From contig JAAOMT010000031.1 in the NCBI GenBank assembly GCA_016748015.1, positions 62,001-126,000 on the forward strand: DNA of 64,000 nt, read 5' to 3'. A model generated the notes under the pieces. It had not been told where the DNA came from. It saw only the letters and a program-made list of their open reading frames with translations, and did no database searches. Made by a program: the position numbers and the translations under genes. This document shows, in pieces, positions 46,839 through 62,132 of the stretch; positions within the stretch are counted from its first letter, which is position 1; each line of letters begins with the position of its first letter. This DNA is from Geosiphon pyriformis uo1. Lineage: Eukaryota; Fungi; Glomeromycota.

Positions 46839-49800
46839 CTGCCAATCTATTAACCATCAGTATATTAACCTCTAATTTATCAACTGCAGCCACCAGCAAT
46901 TTATCAACCACAGTCACAAATCATCTATCAGACATCTGCAGTTCCAATACTGCCATCACATCCAGCTCAGATAACATTAGAAAACCCCAGATTAAAAGTT
47001 ACTCAAAACTGGAGATCGGTGATGGTTGTTTATCAACTGATTCTCAGCTTCTCTCAACAACCAACTGGATCACGTTCTTGGAATTCAGGCATTAGTCACA
47101 CCCAAAACCCAAATTCCCAGAACTATTTAAGTCTCCTGGTTATCCCAGAAGATGCCACATCCAACCACTCAGAATTCAACCAACAATCCACACTTACCAA
47201 CAACATTCTACCAGCAACCATCATAAAAGATGAGTCACTTGCCATGATATTTTTCTTTGAAATCGATGAACTCTCAGAAGTTCTGTTGTTCAGTAGAACT
47301 GCACTCAAAGAAAAATCAATCATTGCTATGTATACTGATGTGAAAATTGATGGCCATACTATTAAGCTTATCCTTGATAGTGGTTCAGCAGATAGCATTA
47401 TCACAAGACAACTTATAGATCAATTAAGTCACCGAGTTGATTGAGCTGCCAATGCCAAGATAATCACAGCTGATGGAGCCACCAAGACTCCAATTGGCAA
47501 AATTGACAACCTCTCCATCAAAATCAATGGCATTATGGTACCAATCAAGGTACTAGTCATGGAAATTACCTAATACCAAGCTCTAATTGGTAATGACTGG
47601 CTGTCCAAAACAAATACAACACTTAACTGAACCACACAAGAGTTGCAAATCAGTCAGAACAGCTGACACATACAAGTACCAGTAACATGTGGTCATTTTA
47701 AACCCAGCACAATGACACAACAACTTATAGACTTCAAAGAAGAAAAAGAGAAATCTATTTGAGAAGCTTATCAAGTATCGTGGGCCAAAGATGACTACAA
47801 TAAACTACCACCCATACTATCCTGGAACAACAACAGCAAAGGGAAACAGAACTTACTTGGAATTCTGATCAAGCCTGGGAAACCAACCACAATTCAGAAG
47901 AACTACCAACTTGGGAGTGGAAACAACTAATAAAGAAAAGAAAAAAGAGAAGGAAAAAGAAACAACACCCACCAATACCACTTCTTCTAACTTCTACACT
48001 TATATTACATTATCACAATCCACCTATTGTCGACCAAAGCTTATATACATTAATTGTGGTAAAAAATTGTTGTTAATGGGCACATGCTGTGGCAACAACA
48101 AGGAATATACAATAGCAACCAAATTCTACTGCCATGCATGTATAATAAAAAAGTTTGGCCAACCAAAAAGACAAGAAAAATGGGATAACAAACTTTGTCT
48201 TGTATGTGAAACTATCTTGTCTAACAAAGGAATGTGGAACGACATTCCTGAGTGTGGAGAAACATGCGACAAAACCTGTCAGTATACAATCTTAATCAAT
48301 AACTGGGTTTGTAAAAAAACACCAATCGACAATGCTTGGAAATGAGCATTGCGACAATTGAAAGGATATCCACATGACAAATACAAGATTTAGCAAATGG
48401 CCAGTGCAAAAACAGAAAGCGCAACAACCAGTGAACTACTGAAAATTAAAAACAATTCCTTATTACTTCCAGAACCCAAATACATCTTAATGTTTAACAT
48501 TTTTGACAATGTTGAAGACAATCCTGAGCAATTCCACAAGCACTACCAAAACTTGGCACCCACCAAAGAGGAACAAAAAGAATGATTAGCACAGCTAAAC
48601 ACTCAACTATGTGACCACTGTTTGATTCCATGTGACTTCCAATATTGTAATGAGTGTGACTTCATTTACAATACACTACCGCACATAATCTACACAATCC
48701 CCAAAGAAGAAAAGCCAATCAGCAGCTGTGCATTGGAATCAGAATCAAATTCCAATCCCAATTCAAACTTCAATAACAATGATAACAAAAACACCAGTTC
48801 CAGTTCTGTTCAATATGGCAATAACAACAGTGATGATTTAAACTCAGATTCAAATTCCAATTCGAACTATGAACAATATATCACACTGCTTAACCTCACC
48901 AAGGAGCAAAAACTGAAATGGTTCAGTGATAATAATGAAGATATTATGCCAGAACATGTGTATAATACAGATATAGGATTTAATCTAAGATATCCTGGAA
49001 AAAAAGCCATTAAACTGGAACCACACTCATGCACATGCATTGATTTGAAAGTAGCAATGGAAATCTCAGCTACTACAATAATTCAATTAGCTTTTAGGAG
49101 TAGTCTAACAAAAAGAAGAATAAATATTAAAGAGGAAATAATTGATGCAGGATATGTAGAAAATATTATTGCTATGCTACAAAACAACTCAGAAAAGACC
49201 TATATCATAGAACCAAATGAAAAGATAGCACAGGCAATATTCCTATCTTTGGTAAAAATAGCTCAGTTAGTGTCAATAGAAAAAAGAGAAGAACTAGGAA
49301 TTACTGCAAGAGAGATACAGGAATTTGGATCAATGAGTAGAATAGATATACCAGTCAATATGGCAGAGAAAGAAATTGTTAACAAAGAAGAAATTATCTC
49401 AACCTGTTAAACAATTTCCATTCCATCATATAACCAGTACATATTAAATATAGATAGAAAAGTGAAGGATCAAGATCAGATTTTTGAAGCAGAACCAAAT
49501 CTTTGTGAATCAAGAGAGATTGAACTTATTAATCTCCACATATCAGCCAAAAGCCATAATCATATCAAAATTCCTATCTATAATACAACAGGAGATGCCA
49601 TTACAATACCAGAGAGAATTATCATCAGATATTTGAACACTGAATTAAAAGACCAACCACCAAGTGTTATTCCAGATTTTTCACAGCTTTGTAGATATGT
49701 GGATATCATATTACAAACAATATACAGACAAAATAAATGTTATTTGCTTCAATCAGAACAATTAAAACAAATGAACATAAGAAACTTGGATCCACTCCAA

Positions 49801-51169
49801 TGTATACAACTCAAGATATTACTCAATAACTTCGATAACATCTTTGCCAGCAAAAATAAATTTGGCAAAACTGATATTATTCAGCACCAGATTAAAACTG
49901 AAGATGCTATGCCAATTAAACAAAGAGCATACCAAGTACCACCAGCCAGCCATGAAATTATTCATTAAGAGATCAATAGAATACTTGACAATAGGCTAAT
50001 TCAGCCATCTATGAGCCCATAGTTGTCATTAGTAGTACTTGTTTGGAAGAAGAATAGAAAGATCAGATTTTGTGTAGACTACAGAATGCTCAATGAAGTC
50101 ACTTATGGAGACAGCTATTCAACTTCATGGATCCAGGAACTATTTGATGCTTTTGGTGGAAATAAATGGTTCTTAACACTGGATCTAAACAGTGGTTACT
50201 GGCAAGTAGCCATGGACCCAGCTGACAAAGAGAAGACAGCATTTACTACTAGAAAAGGGAACTTTGAATTTGAAGTCATGCCATTTGGCTTAACCAATAC
50301 ACCAGCCACATTCAATGACTAATAGAAATCATCTATTCTGGTTTATTGTGAAAATTAGTAATTGTGTATCTGAATGACATCAATGTGTTCTCAAAAACAT
50401 TTGATAATCATCTTTATTATCTTTAACAAGTATTCAAAAGACTATGACAAACAGAACTAAAGTTAAACACTACCAAATGTTACTTCGGCAAGACAGAGCT
50501 AAAATTCTTGGAACATATAGTCAGCCAAAATGATATTAAAACTGATTCAGAGAAGATAGAGATAGTAAAGAATTTTCCAGTTCCAACTAACATGACTGAA
50601 CTGAAATCATTTTTGAGATTTGCAGGCTATTATTGACGCTTTATCAAGAACCTTTCCAAGATAGCCCAACCACTCAATCACTTCCAAACCAAAAATATAA
50701 AATATGAATAGACAGAAACACAACAAGAAGCTTTTGATATCTTAAGAAGAAAACTTATCTAAGCTCCAATATTAATCTATCCAGATTACAGCAAGCCATT
50801 TATTATCACTACTGATGCATCAAGCCAAGCATTGGGAGCAGTAGTATCTCAAAAAAAACCAGATAGAAGAGAACATCCAGTAGTATATGCCAGTAGAGGT
50901 TTAACACCAGCTGAAAAGAACTATAGAACACCAGAATTAGAACACTTAGCAATCTATTGGACAGTCATGAAATAAAGCGAATACTTGAGCCAGAAGTTTG
51001 ATGTGTATACAGATCACAAAGAATTGACATCACTTCAAAAACAAAAATTTGAAAATGGCAGACAATCAAGATAGAAAATGGCACTCTCACCATATACTTA
51101 TACTATACATTATAAAAAGGGAAAAAAAACGGAAATGCTGATAGTTTGTTGTGAATAAAACAAATTTAA
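46839..51169 (+). pseudogene. gag C-terminus, PR, Cys-rich region, dUTPase, RT and RNase H of element 16031-54163
   Basis: LILDSGSA (47019-47444), 48622-49410 dUTPase, 50023-50322 RT. Confidence 0.9.
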
Positions 51170-51232
51170 AAGACATTTCAACCCAAAAATATAACAAAAC
51201 CAGAACAAACCCAATGAAAATATAACAAAAAG

Positions 51233-52613
51233 ATGAACATACAAAAATATTAACAACTTTAACACTATATAAATATGCAACAGTTCAAGGAGAAATTATC
51301 TCAAAACAAACAAAATACCATCAAACAACAAGCAAAATATTTTATCAACCATCAAAATATACTTTATTGGAAAAACAAAAAAAATCCAGATCAACCAATC
51401 AGAGTAGTAATGGAGCCAGAAAAAGAGACAATATTGTTCAATATGCACTCAGATCCAACAGCAAGACACTTCCATAAAGAAGCAACCATGGAAAAGACCA
51501 GAAAAAAATACTATTGGCTATTAATGTATCCAAACATCATTTAATATGTTCAAAATTGTGATGCTTGTCAGAGAAAAGGAGGAACAAAATCCAGTAAACC
51601 ATTAAGGCCAATCAAAGTGAGACAACTATTTAACCACATTGGAATTAATTTAGTCAGATCATTAATAATTACCAGCAGAGGCAACAGATATATTGCAGTA
51701 GCCATAGACTATCTCACTAAATGGCCAGAAGCAAAAACAATTCAAAGAGCAGACATGGAATCTATTGCCGAATTCATTCATTAAGATTTGATATGTCGAT
51801 ATGGATGTCTAAAAGAATTATTATCAGATTAAGAAACTCACTTTGTGAATAGAACATTAACAGAATTAAGTCAAAAATTTGGGATAAAAAGACCATTATC
51901 ATCATCATATTATCCACAAACCAATGGACTAGTTGAAAAGTTTAACAGAACATTGTGTAAAGCCATTGTTAAGATCAGTCAAAAAAACCAGAACAAATAA
52001 GATTTGATTATACCATCAGTATTATTTGCTTATTGGACAATAAAGCAAGACACTACACAAGCAACACTATTTGAATTAGTATATGGTAGAACAGCAATAT
52101 TACCAGTTAAGATAGAAGTCAACAGGTATCCAACAAAACCAATAACTGAAGATAATTTTCAAGAAACGTTACTAAGAAGAACATATAACTTGATAAAAAC
52201 TCTAAAAAACAAATAACAAAGAGCAGCTGATAATATTCAAAAGTCACAAAAAAAACAAAAAAAAGACATGATAACCAATTATTAGATAAACCAGTTGAAT
52301 TCAAGATTGGAGACAAAGTACTTTTACATTGTATCAAAGCAGAAAAACAATGGAGTAGAAAATTTGATCCCAAATAGAACAAACCATTTCACATAAAAGA
52401 AATTCTTAGAAATAGAGCTTATAAATTAAGATGAGATAACAAAATCTTAACCAAAGTAGCACATAGTAATTGACTGAAACCATATTACCAAAAAGTGTTA
52501 CCATCTACCAATAATATTCCACAACTAGGAGTACAGAGAATACTAGTACAAACAGATAAGATTCCACAAGATCTGGAACCAATTATAATCATTGGACCAA
52601 ACACGTAAAATGA
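51233..52613 (+). pseudogene. Integrase ORF
   Basis: ATG 51233. Colinear with other family B integrases. Confidence 0.88.
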
Positions 52614-52668
52614 AACAATAGAAAGAATATATAAAAACATAATAAACATGACAGAAGACATCAAAGAA

Positions 52669-53307
52669 ATGGAAATTACTGACAACATTTACTCACTAGC
52701 ACAACAACTTTTTTAATTGATCAAACAACAAGAAATGGAAATCACAATCAACCAACAAACTATCAAATACACAAACACCAGAAAAAGACCATGGGATAAA
52801 GTATGGAGGAAAACAGAAAACACTGTTGACAAAATAATGGTGAAAGTAAAACTGGCAATAGAAACACAACCCAAAGTCACCCAATATCAAAAGTTGACTA
52901 TAGAAAACTGGAATTGGTAGATACAATAATTTCCAAGAAACTTTTGTTACTTTTACTTAGAACAACATATGAACATTCAAAATCTATATACAGATAAGAC
53001 AAAACGATTATTTAATACAACAATACTACAACAACTAGAACAATTTGTGGAGAAAAACAATTTAACCACACAAGCAAGAGCCATTTATTGGCTACGTACC
53101 AGATTTCAAGATTGACCAGAAATCTTGCTTAACACTGAAATAAACACTGTTACTGTCAACCAAATGGGAAAATTAACCAATGCCCAATTTGAAAAATTAC
53201 AAAACAAGATAACCCAAATAATTTTCAGAAAAAAAGTTCAAAAACTACTCAAGAATAGAGAAATAGAGCTAGGAAATTTGGGAGATCTTGATGGAGCTCA
53301 ATATTAA
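52669..53307 (+). pseudogene. ORF3, family B
   Basis: 639 nt. Fragments 52717-52920 and 53125-53307 end DLDGAQY*. Confidence 0.85.
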
Positions 53308-53321
53308 AAAGGAGGAAATAA

Positions 53322-54163
53322 TGTTACTTATAGAATATAAGAAGGATACTAGCATATAAATTAGCCAATTAGAAATAGACACAGTAAATGTGGAATTCTA
53401 GAATTTCTTTTAGAGGAATTGCAAAATTCCAGGAATTTCAAAATTTTTGTACAAGAAATTACAGAATTCCAGAATTCCAGGATTCTTCTCAAAAAAATTG
53501 CAGAATTCCAAGAATTTTAGGATTCCTGGTGTAAAAAATTGAGGAATTGAGAAATCTTAAAAGAAAGAATTTTTTAGTTAGAGACCTTTTGGTTTAGATT
53601 TGATCTAAGCAACTATTCAAATTACAATCATTTAATAAATAACTATTTGTTATCTCAAATCCACCTTTACTATTAACATTTATATTGATTGCCATTGACA
53701 CATAAATCATGCTGGAACAATAGCTCTTGATCATGGCTATTGACAAAATACTAACTTGTTTATCACCTTGGCTTATTCTTTTATTTTATTTTATTTTTTT
53801 ATTTTTCTTTGTTGTAATTTTGTTGTTTACTAACTCAATTGAGGATTAAAGTGCTAAGTTATTAACATCATGAATAACTTGGTAAAAGACCCAGAAATAA
53901 GGGTAGAATTATATATATTATCAGATAGCTTACCAAAAGAACATAATTGCCAGAATAAATCCAGCCACCAAGCTGAGAAAAAAATTGGAAAACAACTTAC
54001 AAGAAAACTGTGAATAGCATCAACAAAGAATCTCTGTTCATTATACAAAAAACTCCATATCAAAAACCTTCAAATCATCATTATTATCAAACACAAATAG
54101 CTTTTGAGCACCAAGTTATGGGTTTGTTATTTGACTTGAAACCCCAAATAATCACTTGTAACA
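53322..54163 (+). repeat. 3' LTR of element 16031-54163
   Basis: PPT AAAGGAGGAAATAA upstream. TATA segment deleted relative to the 5' LTR. Confidence 0.92.
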
Positions 54164-57100
54164 ATGTCAACAAAAAAATCACAGACTTTCTGGGAAGACC
54201 AGTTAACATTGAATTAGCAAGAGAAAATTTCTATACAAAATTAATCCAACATACCAACTTACCATGAAATCACAGTTTTGTACCAATCATCAAAGAAATT
54301 AATCAAGAAATTGAAAGATACATTTAACAATAATTCCCCATCACTTATACAAATAAAGATAAAGGAAAGTTACAAACTCCAGTAGCAACTTCAAAAGAAA
54401 TACAATTACCAATGTGGAAGAAGCAAAAATTTAAATCTTTCCTACATCCATCATATCATTATATGTCCAAAAGTACTATCAACATTTCATTAGCAAATGC
54501 ATCTACATCAAACATGATATCAGCATTTGGACAACTCCCATTTCAAAGTAAACAAAAGAAAACAGAATTATTAGGAACCTATGGTGATTATTTTAAAGGA
54601 TTTAAATCATAATTGTCAATACTATCAGGATTTCAATAACTGCCACCTCAACTAGATTTTGGAATAGCTAATCTGTGGGAGATAACGGCATCAGAAAAAG
54701 AGGAAAAAGAGGAGTAAGAATTTAATTATTAAAACCTGATTTCAGAAAACCCAGAAATTGAAAACCCAAACAATCCAAACCCCAATAACATTAATTAGCA
54801 AAATCAGAACAATCAAAACTCCAATTTAATTAATCAGTTGAACTTACCTCTAAAAATCAGCATCAATTAGCCACCTATTAAACCAATTCAACAATCACTT
54901 CAACAACCTCACCTACCACCAATACAACAACCACAACCAATTGTACAAATGACATATGCACCAATTGTGAAACTCAAAAAATTCATGGGTAAAGAAGATG
55001 ATACCCAAGTATGATTCAATAATGTGGAAAAAACCATTGTGGCTAATAGATGAAATAATGCCCGAGCCATATAAGCCATTCTATATTTTTTTCAAGATAC
55101 TGCTGATTCTTGGTATCAAAGCTTGGCTAACAAACTCCAAAATTTTAATGTATTCAAGCTTGCATTCCTGCAATATTTCAACAATAATAATAATATTAAC
55201 CGATTGGCCAACATTTTTACTATCATCAAGCAAGGAGAAAATAAAGCAGTTACTATTTACTTAGGATGCTTCCACAGAAATCTGTGCCAAATTCAGGCCA
55301 TACAGGCTGATTATTTCACAGTGCCACAAATTCTGAATCAATTTATTAGAGGTCTGTGTAGTAGCATCCTTCAATGCGTATATCCAATGCATCCAGCAAA
55401 CTTTCAAGCTGCAGTTACAAACACCAGAGATTTTGAAGCAACTGAACTTGAAGCCAACCATGTCCAAGTCATAAATCTAATAATAAATAGATTATCTGAT
55501 TTGGATTCTAAATTGAAGCAATTCAGTGAATCAATTAATCAGAAATTAAAGAGATACTTAGCTAACAACAATCAGGCAATTTATCAACCTCCTTAATGAT
55601 GCAATAATCAAGAAAACTTTAATTGTATCTAAAATCAATCACATCTAATATCAGTAACCAATTATCAGTGACAGTAGAAAATGCATGTATGCTACTATTG
55701 TGATAAACAAGAACATTTACAATTTGAATGTCACAAAAAGCTAAGCAACCTAAAATCAGCTAATCAGTATTGAAACTCTGATCACTGACTACAAACTCAG
55801 AATTACATCAGTAATCAATCACCAGAACAATACCAATTTCAATCATATTACTTTCCAGTAATACAGCCAATTTATCAAACCCCAATAATACAGCAATTGT
55901 ACTCACTTCTAGTATATCAGTTTCCAGCATCAATCTATCAACTGACAACACCCATAATTTATTAACCACCACAGTCACAAGTAATCTATCAGACACCAGC
56001 AATTTCAACCCCAAACTTAACTTAGATAACATCAGGAAATCCCAGATCCAGAGTCACTCAAAACTGGAGATTGGCAATAGTTGTTTACCAACCAATTTTC
56101 ACCTCAAACCAGCCATCAGGATCATGCCAGTGAAGTTTAGAAACTGGATATACCCAAAACCTGAGTTCTCAAAACTATTTAAGTCTCTTAATAACTTCAG
56201 AAAATGCTTCATCCAACAACATAGAACCCAATCAAAAACAACCACTTATCAGCAATATACCTTTAGTCACCATCACTAACAACAAAACACTCACAGCTAT
56301 CTTTCCATTTGAACTTAAGGAACTGATATCTATGCTCTTGTTTAGTAAAGCTGCATTCAAGAAAAAACCAATCATTACCATATACACTAATGCTAAAGTC
56401 AATGGCTATTCTATTAAGCTCATCCTTAATAATGGGTCAGCAGGCAGCATTATCACACAACAACTTATGAACCAATTAGGTTGCCGAGTTGATCATACTG
56501 CCAGCACCAAAATTATAACCACCAATAGAATAACCAAAACTCCAATTGGTGAAATAGACAACTTCCTATTTAAAGTCAATAGCATTATAATACCAATCAA
56601 GATATTGGTAATAGAAGCAATTTAGTATTAAGCCCTCATTGGGAATGATTGGCTGTCCAAAACTAATGCCATGCTCAACTAAAACACCCAGGAACTACAT
56701 CTCAGCCAAGACAGTTGTCACACATGTGTGCCAGTTACTTGTAGTCACTTCAGAACCACAACCAATGACAAACCACTCATTAAATTAGAAGAAGAAAAAA
56801 GAAAACATACCTGGGAAGCTTACCAAGTTTTCTGAACTGACACCAAGCACAACAAATTACCACTTGTACTGTTCTGGGATGACCACAGAAAAAAAAAGCA
56901 AAAAAAGAAACTTACTAAAAATAAGAAATTGTCCACAATGGGCACATGTTGTGGTGATGATGAAAAATGGCCAACAGCAACTAAATTTTACTACCACTCA
57001 TGTCTTATTGATCGGTTTAGATGACCAAAAAAACAAGAAAAATGGGACAACAAACTATGCTTGGCTTGTGACAAAACTTTTCTCAACAAAGAAATGTGGA

Positions 57101-60016
57101 ATGACATCCCTGGGAAAGGAAAAACTTACAACAAATCATGTTAATATACAATTCTAATAAGTAACTGGATGAGAAAAGGGACACCAATAGAAGCAGCCTA
57201 GAAGAAAGCAGTAAAACAGTTAGATGGATGTCAACATAATAATAATGAAATTTGGTGAATGGCTCTTGCCAAAATCAAAGGAGCATCATCAGAAGAAATA
57301 AAAACAATTAAAAACAACTCATTAAAATCCATAGAACTTGACTGAGACCCAAACCCAAATATTGTTCTAAAGCCTATGGACCCAAAACAATTTCACAAAC
57401 ACTACCAGAAATTAGCATCCACTTGAGAAGAACAAGAACAATGGTTGGAAGAAATAAATACACAACTATATAACCAGTGTTTGATCTCATGTGACTTTCA
57501 ATATTGTAATGAGTGTGACCTTATTTACAATTCACCACCACATATAATTTACACAATTCCAGAAAAAGAAGAACCAATCAGCAGCTGTGCATTGGAATTG
57601 GAATCAACTTTCAATCTCAATTTAAACTCCAACAATAATAATAACAAAAACAATGATTCTAGCTCTATTCAAAATGGCAACAAAAATTATGATGATTCAA
57701 ACTTTGATTCAAACCCTGAACAATATATTGTGCTCCTTAACCTTTCCAAGAAGCAGGAATTAAAATGGTTTAGTGACAATGATGAGGGTATTATGCCAGA
57801 ATGTGCACATGATACTAATGCTAAGTTTGATCTGAGATATCCAGGAAAAAATGCCATTAAATTAGAACTATGCTTGTGCATCTGCATTGATCTTAAAATA
57901 GCATTGGAAATTCTAGCAACAACAATGATTCAATTAGCATCTAGGAGTAGTTTAGTGAAAAAAGAAATTAACATTAGAGAAGGAATAATTGATGCAGAAT
58001 ATGTAAGAAATATTATTACAATGCTACAAAATAACTCAAAGAAGGCCTACATCATAGAGCCAAATAAAAAGATAACACAGGCAATATTTCTGCTTCTAGT
58101 CAAAATAGCTCAATTAGTATCAGTAGAAAACAGAGAAAAATTAGGGATTACAGCTAGAAAAATACAGGGTTTTAGATCTATGGGTAGAATAAATATACCA
58201 GTTAATATGACAGAGAAAAAAATTATTGACAAAGAAGAAATTATCTTTATCTGTCAATTAATCTCTATTCTACCATATGATCAGTACATGATAACCATAG
58301 AGAGAAAAATAAAGGATCAAATTCAGATTTTTAAGACAGAAACAACACTTTGTGAATCAGAAAAAATTGGATTAGTCAATCTACATATACCAGCCAAGAA
58401 CCACAGATACATTAAAATTTTCATTTATAACAACACAAGAGATACTATTAAGATACTAAAAAGAATTATTATTGAATATTTAACCACTGAAGTTGAAAAC
58501 CAACTACTAAACACCATTCCAGACTTTTCACAATTGTGTGGATATGTAGATATCACATCTCAAACAATATACAAATGAGAAAAATGTTATCTGCTCCAAC
58601 CAGAACAATTGGAACAGATAAACTTGGGAAATCTAGACCCACTACAATATATGCAGCTCAAATGTTACTCAACAACTTTTATAACATCTTTGTTAGTGGA
58701 AATGAATTTGGAAAAACTGACATAATTCAATACCAGATCAAAACTGGAGATACAATGCCAATTAAACAAAGAGCATACTGAGTACCACTAGCCAACCATG
58801 AGATCATTCATTAAGAAATCAATTGGATGCTTGACAACAGGCTAATTCAGCTATTAATAAGTTCATAGTTATTACCAGTGATACTAGTTCATAAAAAAAA
58901 TGAAAAAATCCATTTTTGTGTAAATTACTGAAAACTAAATGGAGTGACAAAAAGAGATAGTTACTCAACACCAAAAATTCAAGAGCTGTTTGACACTTTT
59001 GGAGGAAAAAAATGGTTCTTAACTTTAGATTTAGACAGTGGTTATTGGCAAGTAGCCATGAAACCAAAAGACAAAGAGAAAACGGCTTTTACAACTTGAG
59101 AAAAAAACTTTGAATTTGAAGTAATGCCATTTGATTTGATGAATGTTCCAGCCACATTTCAATGACTCATGAAAATTGTCTATATAAGACTACTATAGAA
59201 ATCAATAGTCATATATCTAAATGACACCAATGTATTCTCAAACACATTCGATGATTATCTGCATTATTTTCAACAAGTATTTGAAAGACTCAGATGAGCA
59301 GGATTAAAATTAAATGCCAACAAATGCTTCTTTGACAAAACAGAACTCAAGTTTTTGGAACATGTTGTGAGCAAAGAGAGTATTAAAACAAATCCAGACA
59401 AGATTGAGATTGTTAAAAACTTTCCAGCACCAAATAATCTCACAGAATTAAGAGCATTTTTGGGATTTGCTGAATACTACTGCTGCTTTATCAAAGACTT
59501 TTCCAAAATAGCTCAATTACTATATCAACTCCAAACAAAAAACACCAAATATAAATGAACAGAAACTCAGCAAGAAGCTTTTGATACATTAAGAAGAAAG
59601 CTTATTCAAGCTCCAGTATTATTCTATTCAGATCATAACAAGCCATTTATAATCACAATTAATATATCTGGTCAAGCATTGAGAGCAGTATTATCTCAAA
59701 AAGGAATAGATAAATGAGAATACCCAGTAGCTTATGCCAGCAGAAGCTTAAATCCAGTTGAGAAGAATTATAAAACTTCAGTACTAGAACACTTGGCTAT
59801 CTATTAAGCTGTCATTAAATGAAAAAAATACTTGAGTCAAAAGTTTGATGTATACACTGATTACAAAGGATTGACTTCAATCCAGAAGCAAAAATTTGGA
59901 GATGATCACCATGTCAGATAGAAAATAGAACTTTCACTATTTAATTATACAATACATTACAAAAAAGAAAAAAAAATGGAAATGCCAATAGACTGTTATG
60001 AATAAGACAAATCTAA
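54164..60016 (+). pseudogene. gag-PR-Cys-rich-dUTPase-RT-RNase H of element 15026-62958
   Basis: ORFs 55123-55596 (gag), 56332-56625 (PR), 57445-58578 (dUTPase), 59355-59558 (RT). Confidence 0.9.
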
Positions 60017-60047
60017 AAACATTTTAAACCCAAAAATATAACAAAAG

Positions 60048-61430
60048 ATGAATATACAAAAATACCAACAACTCTAACATTATATAAATACCAAATTGTT
60101 CAAGGAGAAATTATCTTAAAAAGAACAAAACAACATAAAACAGCAATCAAAATATTTTATCAACCATTAAAATATACTTTACCAAAAAAATAAAAGAAAT
60201 CCAAATCAACCAACTAGAGTAATTACAGAACCAAAAAAAAAGACAATATTATTTAACATGCACTCAGATCCAACAGCAGGACACTTTCACAAAGAAGCAA
60301 CCATGAAAAAAATCAGAAAAAAATACTATTAGCCATTAATATATCCAGACATTATTCAATATGTTCAAAATTGTGATGCTTGTCAAAGAAGAGATGGAAC
60401 AAAACTCAGTAAACCATTAAGACCAATCAAAGTAGAACAATCATTTGATCATATCAGAATTGACTTAGTTAGACCATTAACAATCACCAGCAGAGGCAAC
60501 AAATATATTGCAGTAGCCATAAATTATTACACAAAATGGCCAGAAGCAAAAGCTATTTAAAGAGCAGATGCAAAATCTGTTGCCAAATTCATTCATCAAA
60601 ATTTGAACTGTCAATACAGATGTCCAAAAGAACTATTATCAGATCAAAAAACTCACTTTGTGAATAGAACATTGACAGAATTAAGTCAAAGATTTGGGAT
60701 AAAAAGATCATTATCATCATCATACCATCCACAAACAAATGGGTTAGTTGAAAAGTTTAACAGAACATTGTGTAAAGCAATTACCAAGATCAGTCAAAAA
60801 AGCCAGAATAAATGAGATTTGTTTATATTATTAGTATTATTTGCTTACTGGACAATAAAGCAAGACACTATACAAATGACACTATTTAAATTAGTATATG
60901 ATAGAACAACAACATTACCAGTTAAGATAGAAGTCAGAATATATTCAATAAAACCAATAACAAAAGAGAATTTTCAAAGAACATTGTTAAGAAGGACATA
61001 TAACTTAATAAAGACACTAAAAAACAAACAGCAAAAAGCAGCTGATAACATCCAAAAGTCACAAAAAAAACAAAAAAAAAACATTATAACCAACTACCAG
61101 ATAAACCAGTCAAATTCAGGATTGAAGACAAAGTACTTTTACATTATACCAAAGCAAAAAAACAATAGAATGAAAAATTTGATCCCAAATAGGATAGACT
61201 ATTTCACATAAGAAAAATTCTAGGAAATAGAACTTATAAATTAAGATAAAACAATAAAATCTTAACCAAAGCAACACATGGTAATTGACTGAAACCATAT
61301 TATCATATAGTGTCACTATCTACCAGTAATATTCCACAATTAGGAATACAGAAACTATTAGTTCAACCAGATGAAATTTCACGAGATCTGGAACCAATTA
61401 TAGTTATTAAACCAATCATGTTAAATTGAA
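60048..61430 (+). pseudogene. Integrase ORF
   Basis: ATG 60048. SYHPQTNGLVEKFNRTL. Confidence 0.88.
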
Positions 61431-61484
61431 CAACCAAGAGAGTATATAAAAACACAGTATATGCGACAAAAGCAGCAAAGAAAA

Positions 61485-62120
61485 ATAGAAATATCAGATC
61501 ATATTCACACTTTAGCTTAACAATTGTTTTAGGCTTTAAGTCAACAGCAAATAAACATGGAAATTATCATCAACAACTAAACAATTTGTTATCAAAACAC
61601 CAAACAAAAAGGGAAAAATACACCATACCAATAATCACAAAAACAATTAATAAACTGGTTAGATAAAATAGTAGACAAAATACAAAACACTTTTGGAAAG
61701 ATAACCATTATTATTCCAACAGAAAAACTAACAAAAGAAAATTAAAACCAATAGATAGACCAACTTCTAATATCATACTGCTACTATCAATTAGAACAAA
61801 AAGTAGATATTCAGAAGTTATATCTTGACAAATCCAAGAGAATCTTCAATCAAGAGATAATCTGAAACATTGAAGACATTATTGAAAAGAAAACAAATTT
61901 AACACTACACATCAGAACCATTTATTGACTACACATTATATTCCAAAACTATTCAGAAATATTGTTATACTCTAACATGAAAACAATAACTATCAACCAA
62001 TGAAAAAGAATGAACAACTCACAAATTAAAGAAATAAAAAGTAGAGTGGAACAGATACTACTCAAAAAAGAAGTATTTGACATAATTCAAAATGAAAATT
62101 TTGATAAAGCTCAATATTAA
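61485..62120 (+). pseudogene. ORF3, divergent family B variant
   Basis: Start decayed to ATA. MEIIIN.., YCYYQL(E)Q, ends FDKAQY*. Confidence 0.78.
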
Positions 62121-62132
62121 AGAAGGAGATAA

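Larger units (their letters stand above)
16031..54163 (+). mobile_element. Family B (U3 type 1) full-length element; hosts 18863-46838 in gag
   Basis: LTRs 16031-16906 and 53322-54163. TSD ACAT/ATGT. Confidence 0.92.
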